From Reclinomonas americana ATCC 50394 (lineage: Eukaryota), in the NCBI GenBank assembly GCA_048213135.1, contig PS015442.1:61317-81316 (forward strand): DNA of 20,000 bases, in the 5' to 3' direction. A program made the position numbers and the translations under genes. Below are positions 1-11,683 of this stretch, piece by piece. The notes under the pieces are model-generated. The model was not told where the DNA came from. It searched no databases and was given only the letters and a program-made list of their open reading frames with translations. Within the stretch, counting starts at the first letter, position 1, and every line of letters starts with the position of its first letter.

Positions 1-61
1 AGCAGGGAATTCGGCAGCAATATTTGTTCGACCATCACCCACCGTGTCGTTTGCCGTGCAG

Positions 62-560
62 GTTGCTGGATGGTGTGGCCTCGCGCAGTCAAGTGGGCCA
101 ACTGAGTGCCGCTGTCAGTCGCAATGTAGGCAGTGGTCTGGCTCTGTTTGCCGACAAGGTGTGTGAACAGTATGTGTGTTTCGCACATGCGACAACCTTT
201 AACATGCTGTGCAGCAAAATCGTGTGATTCGCATGTTTGCTGCCAACGGCGGTGGTGAGTTGCAGAAACCTACAGTAGTGAGCGAGGCGATGTGCGTGTG
301 TACTCACTGCGCTTGCTCGCACAGGTCCTGCCACTGTGTCCACGGCATTCGGTTCGGGTTCGCCTGGCACCGCTGACGGCAGCTCTTCGACAGCCTCTGT
401 TGCGTCGTCTCATAGTCGCCTTCCACTCCTGCGAAAGTGTCACCCACATGTGTGTGCAAACAGTTCCGTTCGATGGTGGACTTGGCATTTTGGCCTGGCA
501 ACGACATGTTGTATGTGTCGGACCAGGATGCGAACACGATTCGAGCTGTCGTCTCATCTC
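62..560 (+). other. NHL-repeat (beta-propeller)-like segment of the polycystin-like protein
   Basis: Spliced peptide ...LFADKQNRVIRMF...VSTAFGSGSPGTADGSSSTASFRSMVDLAFWPGNDMLYVSDQDANTIRAV resembles the NHL pattern (GxxDGxxxxAxF...LYVxDxxNxxIR). Confidence 0.7.
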
Positions 561-3500
561 GTTGTGTGCACTTGTGTTCGAGTTTTTGGACTCTTCTCTC
601 TCGCTCATGCTTCATGTGTGTTGCACGCAGCCACCATCTTTTACGCCGACAAGTTGGTTCTCTTCAATGACACCACACCGTCGACCATTGGTCTCTACGG
701 GTGCGCTCTGGTGGACGTATCGGCCGACTCTAGCGCCTTCCGTGTGTTGAACAGCACCTCGGCCGCGCCAGTGACCACCATGAGCATCACCAGCGCCTTT
801 GTCAACAGTCGATCGCTCACCTTGTCGGTCCGCACAAACTTTGCTCTACCTGGCGTATATGTGATGCAAGTACGATGGTCGACATCGTCGCAGTACCTGA
901 CAGCATTCAACTTTACCGTCGGTGCGTACACTAGCACTTGCATACAGGAGACGCTTATCTGTCTCACACTTTGGTGACCTTGCTGATGTGCAGCGGAGAA
1001 GCCGCGTCCGTTGTGCGCCGACCTGACCACTGTGAGCGTGGCTGCTGGCGCGCAGACGTCCGTCACCGACGGTAGCAAGCCGACGGCCAAGTACGAGCCG
1101 TTTATGTCTTGTCGGTGGCTGGTGCAAAGTGCCACACCCTCCTCCACGTCGATCTTTTACACCATTGCACGGCTGGATACCGAGGCAAACAAGGACACTC
1201 TGCGAGTGTACAAGGACGGTGTGGAGTCGGCCGCCAACTTGCTGGCCACCTATTCTGGCAACCGCGCAGGGGCCTTCTTGGAAGTTGCCGGCTGTTGCGT
1301 TGATAGACTGCAGCTCTACTCGCTTCTCTTGTTCATCTACTCACGCGAAGCGGGCCGTGCAACGCAGCCTCGAAACTGTTGGTGGTGTTCGAGTCCGATG
1401 CCAGCAATCAGTACACTGGGTGGGAGATGCAAGTCTATGGTGCAGCCCCCTGTTGTCAACAAGCTGTGTTGCATTCATTCAGTCTTACCACCTATCACAG
1501 TTCCGCGAGGCCTGCAAGTGACGCTCTCCGGCGACGGTGGCTTCTACTCGTGGGGCGACAGTGTAAAACTGGCAGCCTCAGTCAACGACATGGACAGTTC
1601 GTCTGTGTTTGCGACGGTGCGTTAGCGGGCAGCTTTTGTCGTCCTGGTCGATGTACGTGTCTTGCTGATGTGGAAGTTGCTGGCAGGCGGTGTTGGCCAG
1701 CACCGTGTGGGATTGTGCCTACTACTCTCCGCTGGGCTCGGGTGCCCCCGAGGCGTGTGGTCTGTCGTTTGGATCGCCAGTGAGCAACACATTTGATGCC
1801 AGCAACATGCGGAACGGAACGTTGCGTGTCCCCCGTTGCTCGCACCGCCGACTGTCAACTTGCTGCTGAGATTTCCTTGTGTTCTCTCCGTCAAACAGCT
1901 ATGTGTTCTCCGTGACGGTGACACGCAGCAGCTACACGGCCACTGTCTCGTCGTCGATTACCTACGGTGCTGCCATGTCGGTGTATCTCTCGGTGGTGAG
2001 TAGTGTGCGCTCTGCTAAATTGCGTACCACATCGCTTGTTGTCATTGTATGTTGCTGACGGGCGGCTGGTGCAGCCGAGTGTGGGCGGTTCATCACTGCT
2101 TCGCAACTACATGGAGCCGTTTGTTGTGCGTGCAATGTTCCCGAATGGCGTCAGTGACGACATGGCCTCCATGACGACTACATTCGAGGTCACAAGTTGC
2201 GCACACGACGCATTGCAAGTTGTCGTCGTGTCTCCTTCCTTTGCCACTATTCTCAATTCGCTCCTTTCGTTTGTGAATGGCAGATCAAGGCACAAAGGCG
2301 GTAGTACCACTGGAAAAGTTCACTGTGCTGCGCAACTCGCGCTCACAGCCGATTGCACTGCGTATTGCTGCGGGTGTTCTCGAAGCCGGTGCCACCTATG
2401 ACTTTGCATATGCTGTCAAAGCTGGCAAGACGACCTGTTGCGTGGCACAATGCGGTGGTCTTCTGCAACGTGCAGCTGACGCGCGCGCGCATCGCACAGT
2501 GAACACAACTCTGGCGGTACAGATGCGATCGCTGCCGACAGTCAGTGGCACGGCCACGTCGTCGCCGCCGCTGGGCGTTGCTCGATCGACCACGTACACG
2601 CTGACGGCTCCGACTGCGACCAGCACAGACTCGGCACTGTACTACGCGTTCCTCTACACTCGTGTGTCCACAGGCGCGACCGTTCTTTTGGGCCTCCAGC
2701 TCAACTCCACGCTGGTGACCACTCTCGAGGCCGGTGACCCGAACGACAACTACAAGGTTCTCGTCCAGATGGAGGTCGTAGACGCCTATGGCGTTTCGTC
2801 CAAGTTGCGCATTGCGACATGTCACACTCTCCACTGTATTACCACTGTGTCACCCACTCATCCTCATGACAGAACGGCACTGAACACCACTGTCAACGTG
2901 GGCCCAATGACCAACACGACGGACGAATCGCTGCAGCAGCAGTTCCTGGCGGAGACCACTGATCTCGCCGCGCTGTCGCTGCTCGATTCCACCGATGCTT
3001 TGCGTCTGGTTGCTCGTGCACAGTTCACGCTGTCGATGCTCGAGGAGGGGGCAAGCCGGAGTCGCATCATGGCCGGTGGCTCGACTGTCAGTGCAGCTGT
3101 TGTCACCACGGCTGGTTTGCTGGGAACAGCGTCGACACTATTCCGCTTCGCCGACATGCCTCGTGCTTCGTGGGCACTGGCTTCGAGTGTGCAGATTGTC
3201 GCCGAGTTGCGTTAATTCGTGAGCGGTTGTGAACCAAGCTTGCACGTGTGCCTGACAGTGTCGGGTAGGACATTGCCGTCGCTGACGGCAACGAATCGCG
3301 TGAGCGTAGCTACGCAACTCACATCGATTGCCGAACTCATGGCCGCATCGTCGTACTTTACTCAGACCACGTCGAGTCAGAAGCTGATGACAATCGTCGA
3401 TCGCATTGCGTCTGCGCTGAGCGCGAGTTCGTCAGACAGCAGTGCGAGCGCCTTGATTGTGCGCCTGAACAAGCTGTCGCAGCAGCTGCTGACCAGCGTG

Positions 3501-6500
3501 GCCACCCTCAAGGTGAGCAGCCGTGTTTCCACTGTTTCCAGGGTGTGCGTGTCAGCTCAATAAGCGTATTCCTGCGGCAGGTGCCGGGTGAGGCTGCTAC
3601 TCGCTTCTCTGGCAGCACCTTTGTGATGGAGACGGCATTCTTCTCCACCGACGGCACTGGCTCCAGCGGAGTGCAGTTGGCCGACAACAGCTCGCCCACG
3701 TCTCTCTTGAATGCACTGGATTCACCATTTACTGGTGGCGCCGGCAGCTGGTCGCAACTGTCCTCGTCCACGACCTCTGCGCCGGAGCTGCGCGTTGCAT
3801 CGCCGCCGTCCTCGTCGACATTTGTGTTCCCGCGGTCGTACGTGTCGGCCTTTGGCACCTCTGGTGACACCACGTACGTGTCGACCATGTACAACTCGGG
3901 CTACAATCCGCACGATACGCTCGGCGCCGGCACGGCGAATCAGGCCAACAACAAGACCGCGCAATTGTTGACTTCAGTGCACACATTCAAGCTCATGGAC
4001 AGCGCCTCCAGCGAGATTGCGGTCACCAACCGGACTGAGCCATTCTACTTCCAAGTTGGCGGCACCAGCAACACGCTCTCAACGAAACTGGCGGCACAGT
4101 TGGTACGATTCGCCCGTCGCCTCTGTACACCAACCGTTCGTTCCCTTTTTACTTACTCTCTTGCTGTGTGCAGAACAACACTCTGCGCTACATTCAGGCG
4201 TGCAATCCGGGCAACTACACATACAGCGAGAACGTTCAGCTCGTGCCTCTGTTCGACATGTGCACCCAGGGACTGCCCTTCGCAGCCACCAACATGACGC
4301 TGGGCTTCAATGCTACCAGCGGTCTCACTGAGGTGCTGCCACAAGGCAACAACAGCACCAACAGCAGTAGCAGCAGTGCACTGCTCAACCCACAGCGGCT
4401 AGACCTGTGCGTGTATTGGTCTACGTCGACTGGCAAGTGGGACACCTCCGGTTGCAAGTCATACATGAAGGTGCGTGCACGTATGTGATTGAGCAAGTGA
4501 CCCGCAATTCCGTTCTCACACCCGCTCTTGGTGTGCATGCATACCACAGGTACAAGCCGGCACAGTTGTCAACGTGGTGTGCGCCTGCAACCACATGACC
4601 GACTTCTCGGTGGACGCCAGCGACATCTTTGACATTCAATTCACATTTGCCAGCCCGCTCGACATTAGCCAGTTCCCCGCCGGCACAGGCATTCTCAAGA
4701 TGTGGACCATGTGGATTCTTGGCGCTGTCCATTTGTTCTACGCAGTAGCCTGGTACGTTCTCTACCGATGGGACCGCAGCCGTGATCGCGTGCTGCGCAC
4801 GTACGAGGCCTTCAAGGTGCTGGCCAAGGAGCGGGTGCGTACTCGATACCTCGTTGTATAGGCTGCTGCTGCTCTTGCTGTCAGCGTGATCATGAGAGCT
4901 AACTGTGGTTGTCGACAGAGCAACACGCACAAACGCAGCCCGTTCTGCGGCAAGTTCAGCTTTGTCGAACTGGTGAAGGAGGTGTGGCGACACAAGTATG
5001 GAGTACGCGATGTGGCAGAGGTTTTGCCCGCTGGATACGCATTGCAGTTGCGGTACAACAACTGTCGCCACACACGAATTGAGTGTCGCTCACTCATTCA
5101 TTGTTCTCCCTCTGCTCCCCGTTTGCAGAGTGGATGGCGAACTGCAGCCGACCGGACCCGGCGCTGGCGGACGCTTGTCAGTCACTGACAGCTCGGCCGA
5201 CGCGAATTCACTGAGCGACGAAACTCGCAGTCCGAACTCTGATGCGGCCTCACCCACCGACATGCCCGTGCCGACTGTGGTCGCCCTTGGTGTCGGTGAT
5301 CGACGCTCATCGCGAGTCCCATCACCGCTGTTGCCAACGCAGCCACCCTCTGCCACCGTTGCCGAGCGAGTTCGGGGACACCGCCGATCAGTGTCGCTGT
5401 CGGAGACGGCTTTGCAGTGCGGCAGCTCGTGCTCCGATTTGCATGTCTCTGCCACCGACAGGGTGCGTGCTGTTGTGAGAAGTAGAAAGAAGGATTTGTC
5501 GACGGGAATGGAGAAGACTGACCAGGAGTGTGCGCAGGTGCTTGCAGCGGGCTCTACCGTTATTCAGGAGCAACGCAAATCGTCGGTGCTGGCGGCTGTC
5601 GACGGAGTTGATGTGGGCGCCTTGGTGGTGCGGACGCGTCCTCGCGGTCGCAGTCTGTCGCCAGGAAGGACCGGTGAGTGTTTTCATCGTCGTGCGACAA
5701 GAAAGCAATCAGCGCCTCATGTTTCTCCTTTGCGCAGAATCACCTCGAGTCCCGATGAGTCTGCAAGCCTTTGCTCTCCCCTTGGCGGAGCCCGTCTTTG
5801 GCGATGTTAGTGGCTCACGACGCATGTCGTCGATCGACAGCCCCGCATCGTCGTCAGTGGTGTCGGACTCGGCGCCGTTCATGCGACGCAATCGTCACGT
5901 GTCGGCTGATTCGGATCACGACTTGGTTCGTCCGCCGTTTGCAGTGTGTTGACGCTGCCGCTGACACGGTTTTAACCCCTTTCCGGTGCAGCTGTCGTGT
6001 TCCTCGCCAGCGAAAAGTGCGATTACTGCCAAGTGTGTCGGTGTTTCGATTCCGTCGCTGACAAGCGCCGACAAGGAGATTCTGTCACACACCGACATCG
6101 AGGCGGAGCTGGAGAGTACTCTGCGCCGTCACCATACCGTGGTGGCACGTTTCAAGGGTACGGCTGGCAGGAATGCAAAATGCGCTCAGCGAGTGATTCA
6201 TGTGGTTGTGGTGCAGGTGTTGTCAAACGCATCATTGAGGCGCAACGCAAACGAAATGCGCTGCTCAAGGCCGGCTCCAAGCTCACGCGTCTATTCAAGC
6301 ACGGACACACCTGGCTGGCCACCATGACGACGCGGCCGCTGGACAACTTCCGTCGCACCCAGAAGCTGACGGTTGCGTGCTGCTGCTGGCTTGCCATTTT
6401 CATGCTGCCGTTCCTGTTGCTCATGACGCACTAATGTGTATACAGGTTCTGTGGCTAGCCACCATTTGCTCACTGTACTTCAACACTGTGCTGGCTGGCC

Positions 6501-9388
6501 AAAAGGACTCATCGTTGCTGTCGACATTCTTCCAAGACATTATCATCGGCATCTCAATCGGTGAGGTCCTCGCCAGAGAGACTCCCAGCATCGCAGACAA
6601 CTCACTGCATATTTCTCTTGCCAGGTCTTACCATGATGCCCGTGTGTCTCTTGGCCAGCTTTGCATTCCGCTTCACCGCGCGAACGCCAACTGAGGACAC
6701 GTGGTTTGAGGCCGGTGAAAATCGTTTGCGTGCAGAGATGGTCGACGCTCTGCGCGAGGCGGCCGTGAAGGGCGCCACCAGCAACAACAACATCCACAGC
6801 AGCAGTAGCAGCAGCGGCGGCAGCGGCAGCGACTGGCATCAAGCCAAAGTTCCCACACTTGCGGTCGACGGCTCGGCCAGTGCTCGCCTCATTCTTGAAC
6901 GAGAGTGGCGCTCTGTGCAACGTGACGCGAAGTTGGAGAAAGGTGTGCATCGACAAACTGGCCGAAAGGTGTGATTCAGTTTACTCATCTGCATGTCGTG
7001 GTTCTGCAACAGTCGCCGCACTCGCAGCACCTTCTGACAACGATCAGACAACCGACTGCGCCGATCCCATGCGTCGCACGTCATGGGCTCCGAATTCTTT
7101 CACCGCAGGCAGTGCAGCATCAGAGGTGTGCATCCAGTGTCTTCGACATACTATGCAGGTTCTCATGTGGAGTGTGTACAGGCATCGCATTCGGCTGGCA
7201 GCTTTGGAGACCATGGTGCTCGTTCATTGCTATCCACGGTGATTCGCGTTCCGCGCTCCCGCGCCGACTCCGGCAGTGAGCTTGTGGTCAAAGCCAACCC
7301 TGCCGCTGAGATGAACATGTCGCTGCCTATCTCGTCGATCTTGGAGGTACTCGCGTGTTCGCCGAGGCTGACACAGAATTGGATAAGCTGCTAACTTGCT
7401 GCCATTGCAGACCCGTCGGTTCAGTGCCATTCGACCGGTGGCCAGTGTTGCCACTGCACGCAGTGTGGTACGTCGCCTTCACCTCCTTTCTTTTCTTTCA
7501 CACAGTTGGTGACTTGGTCGCAACGACAGTACGCGGAAGCTCCTCTTGCGCCGTCCAACCGCAAGGACTCCACTTGCGTTGGCACGGCAGCTGTTCAGCA
7601 GTTTGTCGTCACAGGTCCCAGTGTTCAGCCCCCGCCAGTCAATAATGGTGCGTGTGATACAGCCTGCCGTATGTTTCGAGTGCGTTTTTGTTAACTCACA
7701 GACACACGTAGTTCGTCATTCGCACAACGCCGACCCCGTCAATGTTGCCGAAGTCGATGACGATGAATCGCATGGCGGGCATGTGCTGGCGGTGCCGAGT
7801 CCGGCGCAGGGTGTCAGATTCAGCGCCGACCGGAACTCGCATTTCTTTGAGGACGAGTTTGCGGACGATGACGGGCAAGACAGGGCGGCGGATGATGTGG
7901 ACGAGGACGAGACGGACGCTGTGCGAGTTCATGCTGATGCTGGAGACTTGTGGGGCAAGCATTCCGGTCTCCCGAGCCTGGCGTCGGTGTTGGAGCGCGA
8001 CGAGATACCGTCCATCATTGTCTTGCGACCTGGCTACTACAAGCCATTCACGATTCCGGCAACGACACGCACACCAACCGGCACGCTGACCATCCGCGCC
8101 CTGCAGCCGAAGAAAGCCGTTTCGTGCTAGCATTTGCTTCTGCTGCTCGCACGGTCATTGCTTCTCACCTTCTCCACACAGATTGTTTGCGCACTGCGGT
8201 TCTCGAACAAGGGCGAGCGAAAGTTGGCGCGTTTGCGAGCACTGCAGGAAGCCAGCGAGGTGTGTTGGTGCTGCCAGGCGCTGTTTTCTCTTGTCGCATG
8301 TATTGATTGTGGACTGGCGAGCAGGAGTGGCACGATGTGTTGGAGGAGATGTTGGAGGGTCTGCCGCCGGCCATTTCCATTCACGTCAGTGATCCAGACG
8401 AGCGCACGGTGAGCAGCATGATGGTACATGCTGTGCGTTGTTTGTGATTGTCGCTCACTTTCCTCATGCGTCGCAGTCGGAGTCGCATGTCTTGCCTGGT
8501 TTGCCGTTGCCCGTGCGCTCTATTGAGCTTGCTGGTCTCGCGCTAGAGGCGTCCACCTGCGGCATCTCGGTGAGCAACGCCAGCTCTCAGTGCGGTAGCG
8601 GTGCCGACCGTCCAGCCTCCTCCTCCTCCTCGTCGTCCTCGTCCGCCTCTGCAGCCAGTGCGGTATGTTGTGAGACGATGGGCTACACTGTGCATTCCTC
8701 TCGCTCACATGATTGTCCGCTGCGCAGCGCCGATCCAGTATGTGTCGTGGGAACAATGCTCGTGGCAGTAGTCGGAGCCCACGCAACGCAAACTCGTACC
8801 TCGTGGAGATTTACAGCCACCACAACCACTTCCGCGATGTGCGCAATCTGGCGCTGTACGACTCGCCGCGCACATACGGCAGTTTGGTGACGCGAACCGA
8901 GGAGAATGTCAAGGTGGTGCCGCCGAAACCGACCAGGAAGCGGACGGTCACCAGTTGCGTTTTCGCCACCCTTTGCTCTTTGGTCATGTGGTCTCTGGAG
9001 TGCTAATTGTGCTCTTTGACCGGCAAACAGATCCGCTGTGGAGCCGTCTGAAGGCCCGACAGCTGCCGTACGCCATGGTACGTGTTGTTGGCCAGGTGTT
9101 GTCCACTGTGCTTTGTTGCTTATTTTCCTCGTGGCATTGCAGGTCTACGTTTCGTACTTTTTGATCTGGGCCACCGGCATCTTCCTGTCATACATGACAC
9201 TGGTGACGACGGCCGTGATGATTAACAAGATTGGCGAGGCGTCAGTGCTGCGTCAGTCGGCCGGCAGTGTGGCCGGTGACATTTTCATCAATGAGCCGAT
9301 CAAGCTAATCATCCTCTGGATGATGGGCCCGTGCTTCGTGCCCGCCGTGTTTGCTGACATTATCGCCCTCGTCGTCGGTCTAATCTAA
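62..9388 (+). CDS. 5'-partial polycystin-1-like (PKD1/REJ-type) membrane receptor, 37 exons in window, >2280 aa: NHL repeats, CUB, REJ, GAIN/GPS, TM1, long cytoplasmic loops, TM2-TM5/6
   Basis: Removing 36 GT-AG introns (159-214, 255-324, 399-463, 561-630, 922-993, 1294-1367, 1440-1500, 1617-1686, 1821-1898, 1996-2074, 2196-2283, 2437-2499, 2804-2872, 3206-3268, 3513-3580, 4103-4173, 4471-4549, 4835-4918, 5047-5128, 5463-5537, 5674-5737, 5926-5991, 6158-6216, 6372-6445, 6561-6624, 6943-7012, 7126-7181, 7347-7410, 7468-7529, 7648-7711, 8119-8181, 8260-8324, 8409-8476, 8663-8727, 8954-9030, 9078-9142) gives one continuous frame ending TAA at 9386-9388. Polycystin-1-like motifs: GPS, HTWLATMTTRPLDNFRRTQKLT before TM2, DIFINEPIKL in TM5. 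Confidence 0.85.
1011..1439 (+). other. CUB domain of the polycystin-like protein
   Basis: C...TDGS...YEPFMSCRWLV...RLDTEANKDTLRVYKDG...LLATYSG...KLLVVFESDASNQYTGWEMQV follows the CUB consensus (YxxxxxCxWxI, DTExxxDxLxVYDG, LxVxFxSD, GF/W). Confidence 0.85.
1501..2910 (+). other. REJ (PKD/REJ-like) region
   Basis: PTVSGTATSSPPLGVARSTTYTLTA...DSALYYAFLY...TTLEAGDPNDNYKVLVQMEVVDAYG matches the REJ C-terminal module (PxxGxAxxTxFxL, LxYxFxY, LPxGD...VxVxDxYG). Confidence 0.75.
3581..4612 (+). other. GAIN domain with GPS autoproteolysis motif
   Basis: VPGE...TSVHTFKL...EIAVTNRTEPF, then CVYWSTSTGKWDTSGC...VVCACNHMTDFS (GPS consensus CxxW..W...GC...CxCxHL/TxF), followed by TM1 (MWTMWILGAVHLFYAVAWYVLY). 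Confidence 0.9.
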
Positions 9389-9549
9389 TAACATCCTCGC
9401 ACCCCGGCGACGACGGCATCATAGAAAAAAGAAAGAGAAAAAGTAATAGAAAAACTGGAGGAATGAAAATGTGGCATGTACATAATGACAAAATAAGTGG
9501 GCACGAAAAAGAAAGAGAGGTATTCGGAATGGGAGCAGACACGGCGGCA

Positions 9550-11624
9550 TTACGGTCGCCGAATGATAATGTAGGCCCACAGGGCCAGCAGCATAATGGC
9601 CACCAGCAGTGCGATTCGACTGGTCAGTCCCGACGACCCTGTTGTCGCCCACCAGCAGGTGTGAGCAGAAAATGTGCGTTAGCAAGGACGCACACAGAAC
9701 AAACGCACCACTTGTTCGTTTGCCAGCAGCAAACACGCTAACTGAGCTGGCGATGGAGGTGGAGGCCACGAGGATCTGCGACCGAGCGGCAAGCACAGCC
9801 GGATCCGGCAGTGGGCTGCTGTTGTCGCCCTCATCGTCCGAATCACCCTCCTCGTCGTCACCATTGTCCTCGGCCTCGTCAGTGCTTTCGTCGGCCGCCT
9901 TGGATGCCTTCTTGGACGCTCTCCGCGACTATACAAAGCGAGGTGAGCAGCATGTAAGAGACTTGACGTACGGGCGCGCGCGCGCGCAACTCTTGTGGGT
10001 GGCAGCGGGGCAATAGAGACGTGTGTCACTGGCATGCGGTGAGCCTGGCACACAGTGATGCGACGAAGCGACGACGTCTTCATAACGGCGACCTTGCCGC
10101 TGGAGAAACCGACGGCGCAGTGCTCTCCCGACGGACTGCCAAATGGACGGTGGCAGTCAGTGCGCTGTTGGTGCAGGGCAAAACGGAAAGTCAACACGAA
10201 CACATACCTCACAGTCAGCGCCGTGGCGGCCGGCAGCAGAGTGACACGCGAGTCGCGCAAGCCCGACGGCTTGGGTTTCGCCTCTGCACGCACAGATATC
10301 AGCAGACAGATTTTCACCCACGCGCACTCGATCGCTCACTCGCCTCTTGGTTGTGGGTTATCGAGATCCGCCATAATGTCGCGCTTCACCAGAATCGAAT
10401 TCTTCTTGCCGTGCGACTCGAGGACAAGCAAGTACACGGACTCAGCATCGGTGCAGAATCTGCATGTCGCGTCAGACTCGACAACTCTCTCGCACAAGAA
10501 CAAGAGGGCGACAAAACTCATTCGCCCGTGTAATGTACTCCGGGGTAGTGGCGGCGTACGCGCAAATGTGAACGAGATCACTCTTCTCGCTCCGCAGATT
10601 CAGGCTCCACACCCTGGTAATGCGATCGTATCCCGACGTGGCAATCTGTGCGCATCCCAACATCATTGTTCACCTGACCGGTTTGCGCGCACAAGGTTCA
10701 ACACGCGTTACCAGCACTTGACTCGACGACAACTCCATGCACGACACACTCCAGATGGACGTGGTCTGATCCGTCGGCTCGTGCGCCTTCGACACCTCCA
10801 CCAGCGTCTTCACTCGCCACTCACCATTGCTGGCGTCTGCGCCCAGAGACAACGCTGTTAACACGCGGCAGCACACAAAACACAACCAGCCAGCCACTCA
10901 ATCGCGCACCACGTGCCACATGCTGCACGATGAGATCACCGGCCTCGTTGGCCGCACACAGCAGTCGCGGTGCGGCGCAGTACGTGCTCACCGACTGAGC
11001 ACGAGGAGTGGTGAGCACAGATCAAAACAAAGACGAGATCAGTGGGATCGTCACCTGGTGATCCAGCTCCTGCTTGTCAAGCACCTCATTCGGCAACGCT
11101 TGTTCGCGCTCCAGCTGCATGCTGCCATCCTCACTGGGCAACAAAAGCGCGCATAAGATGACAGCATCTGCAACACTCTCTCAACACGACCTGCGCACCT
11201 CAGCTTGATGGAGATGATCTGTGAGCGCTTCGGCAGCACACACAGCAGGTGTGGACTGTGCGGGCGGATCTGTGAAGAGAGAGAGAGACAAGTGAGCGCG
11301 TGTGCGCGAGTGTGAAGAGTACACGTGTGACTGACCGGATGCACGCCCCACACACACTCGTTTCCAGTGCGCAGTGCTGCACGCTGTGCAAGGTGTTGAT
11401 CCACGGGATCAAAGTCGTAAATCACCTGCGCACATGCACATGCACACACGCATGAGATTGCGCGCGCGCGCGCTCTTCTTCTTTTGCATCACACACACAC
11501 ACACCACTCCATTCTCAATGCCAGTCTTGGCTGCGCCACCACCGCCTCCACACGCCAAGGTGCGATAGTCAAGCCAGCGTGTGTAGTACAGTGGAAAGGG
11601 CGCGTAGTCGAGAGGTGAGCTCAT
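9550..11624 (-). CDS. SEC12: SEC12/PREB-like Sar1 guanine nucleotide exchange factor (WD40 propeller plus C-terminal TM anchor), 12 exons
   Basis: The N-terminus APFPLY...GGGGGAAKTGIENGV is the Sec12/PREB K-loop signature. WD40-like segments IATSGYDRITRVWSL and AATALTVSPSGEHCAVGFSSGKVAVM...AHRMPVT. The last exon encodes a TM tail IALLVAIMLLALWAYIIIRRP* (stop 9550-9552). Confidence 0.9.
10284..10343 (-). other. GC-AG intron in SEC12
   Basis: Donor AGAG|GCGAGT. Only this phase-1 donor keeps the frame leading into the WD40-like AATALTVS-PSGEHCAVG. The GT 4 nt downstream gives the wrong frame. Confidence 0.7.
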
Positions 11625-11683
11625 TGTCGCAACAATGAAGGAAAACGAATTTGCGGTGTGCTGTTGGTTTCACTACGCCTGTC

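Noticed and set aside
9975-11503. (CG)n, (CA)n and (GA)n tracts as Z-DNA or regulatory elements
   Set aside because: These are short dinucleotide runs confined to introns and scattered across the window, with no positional pattern.
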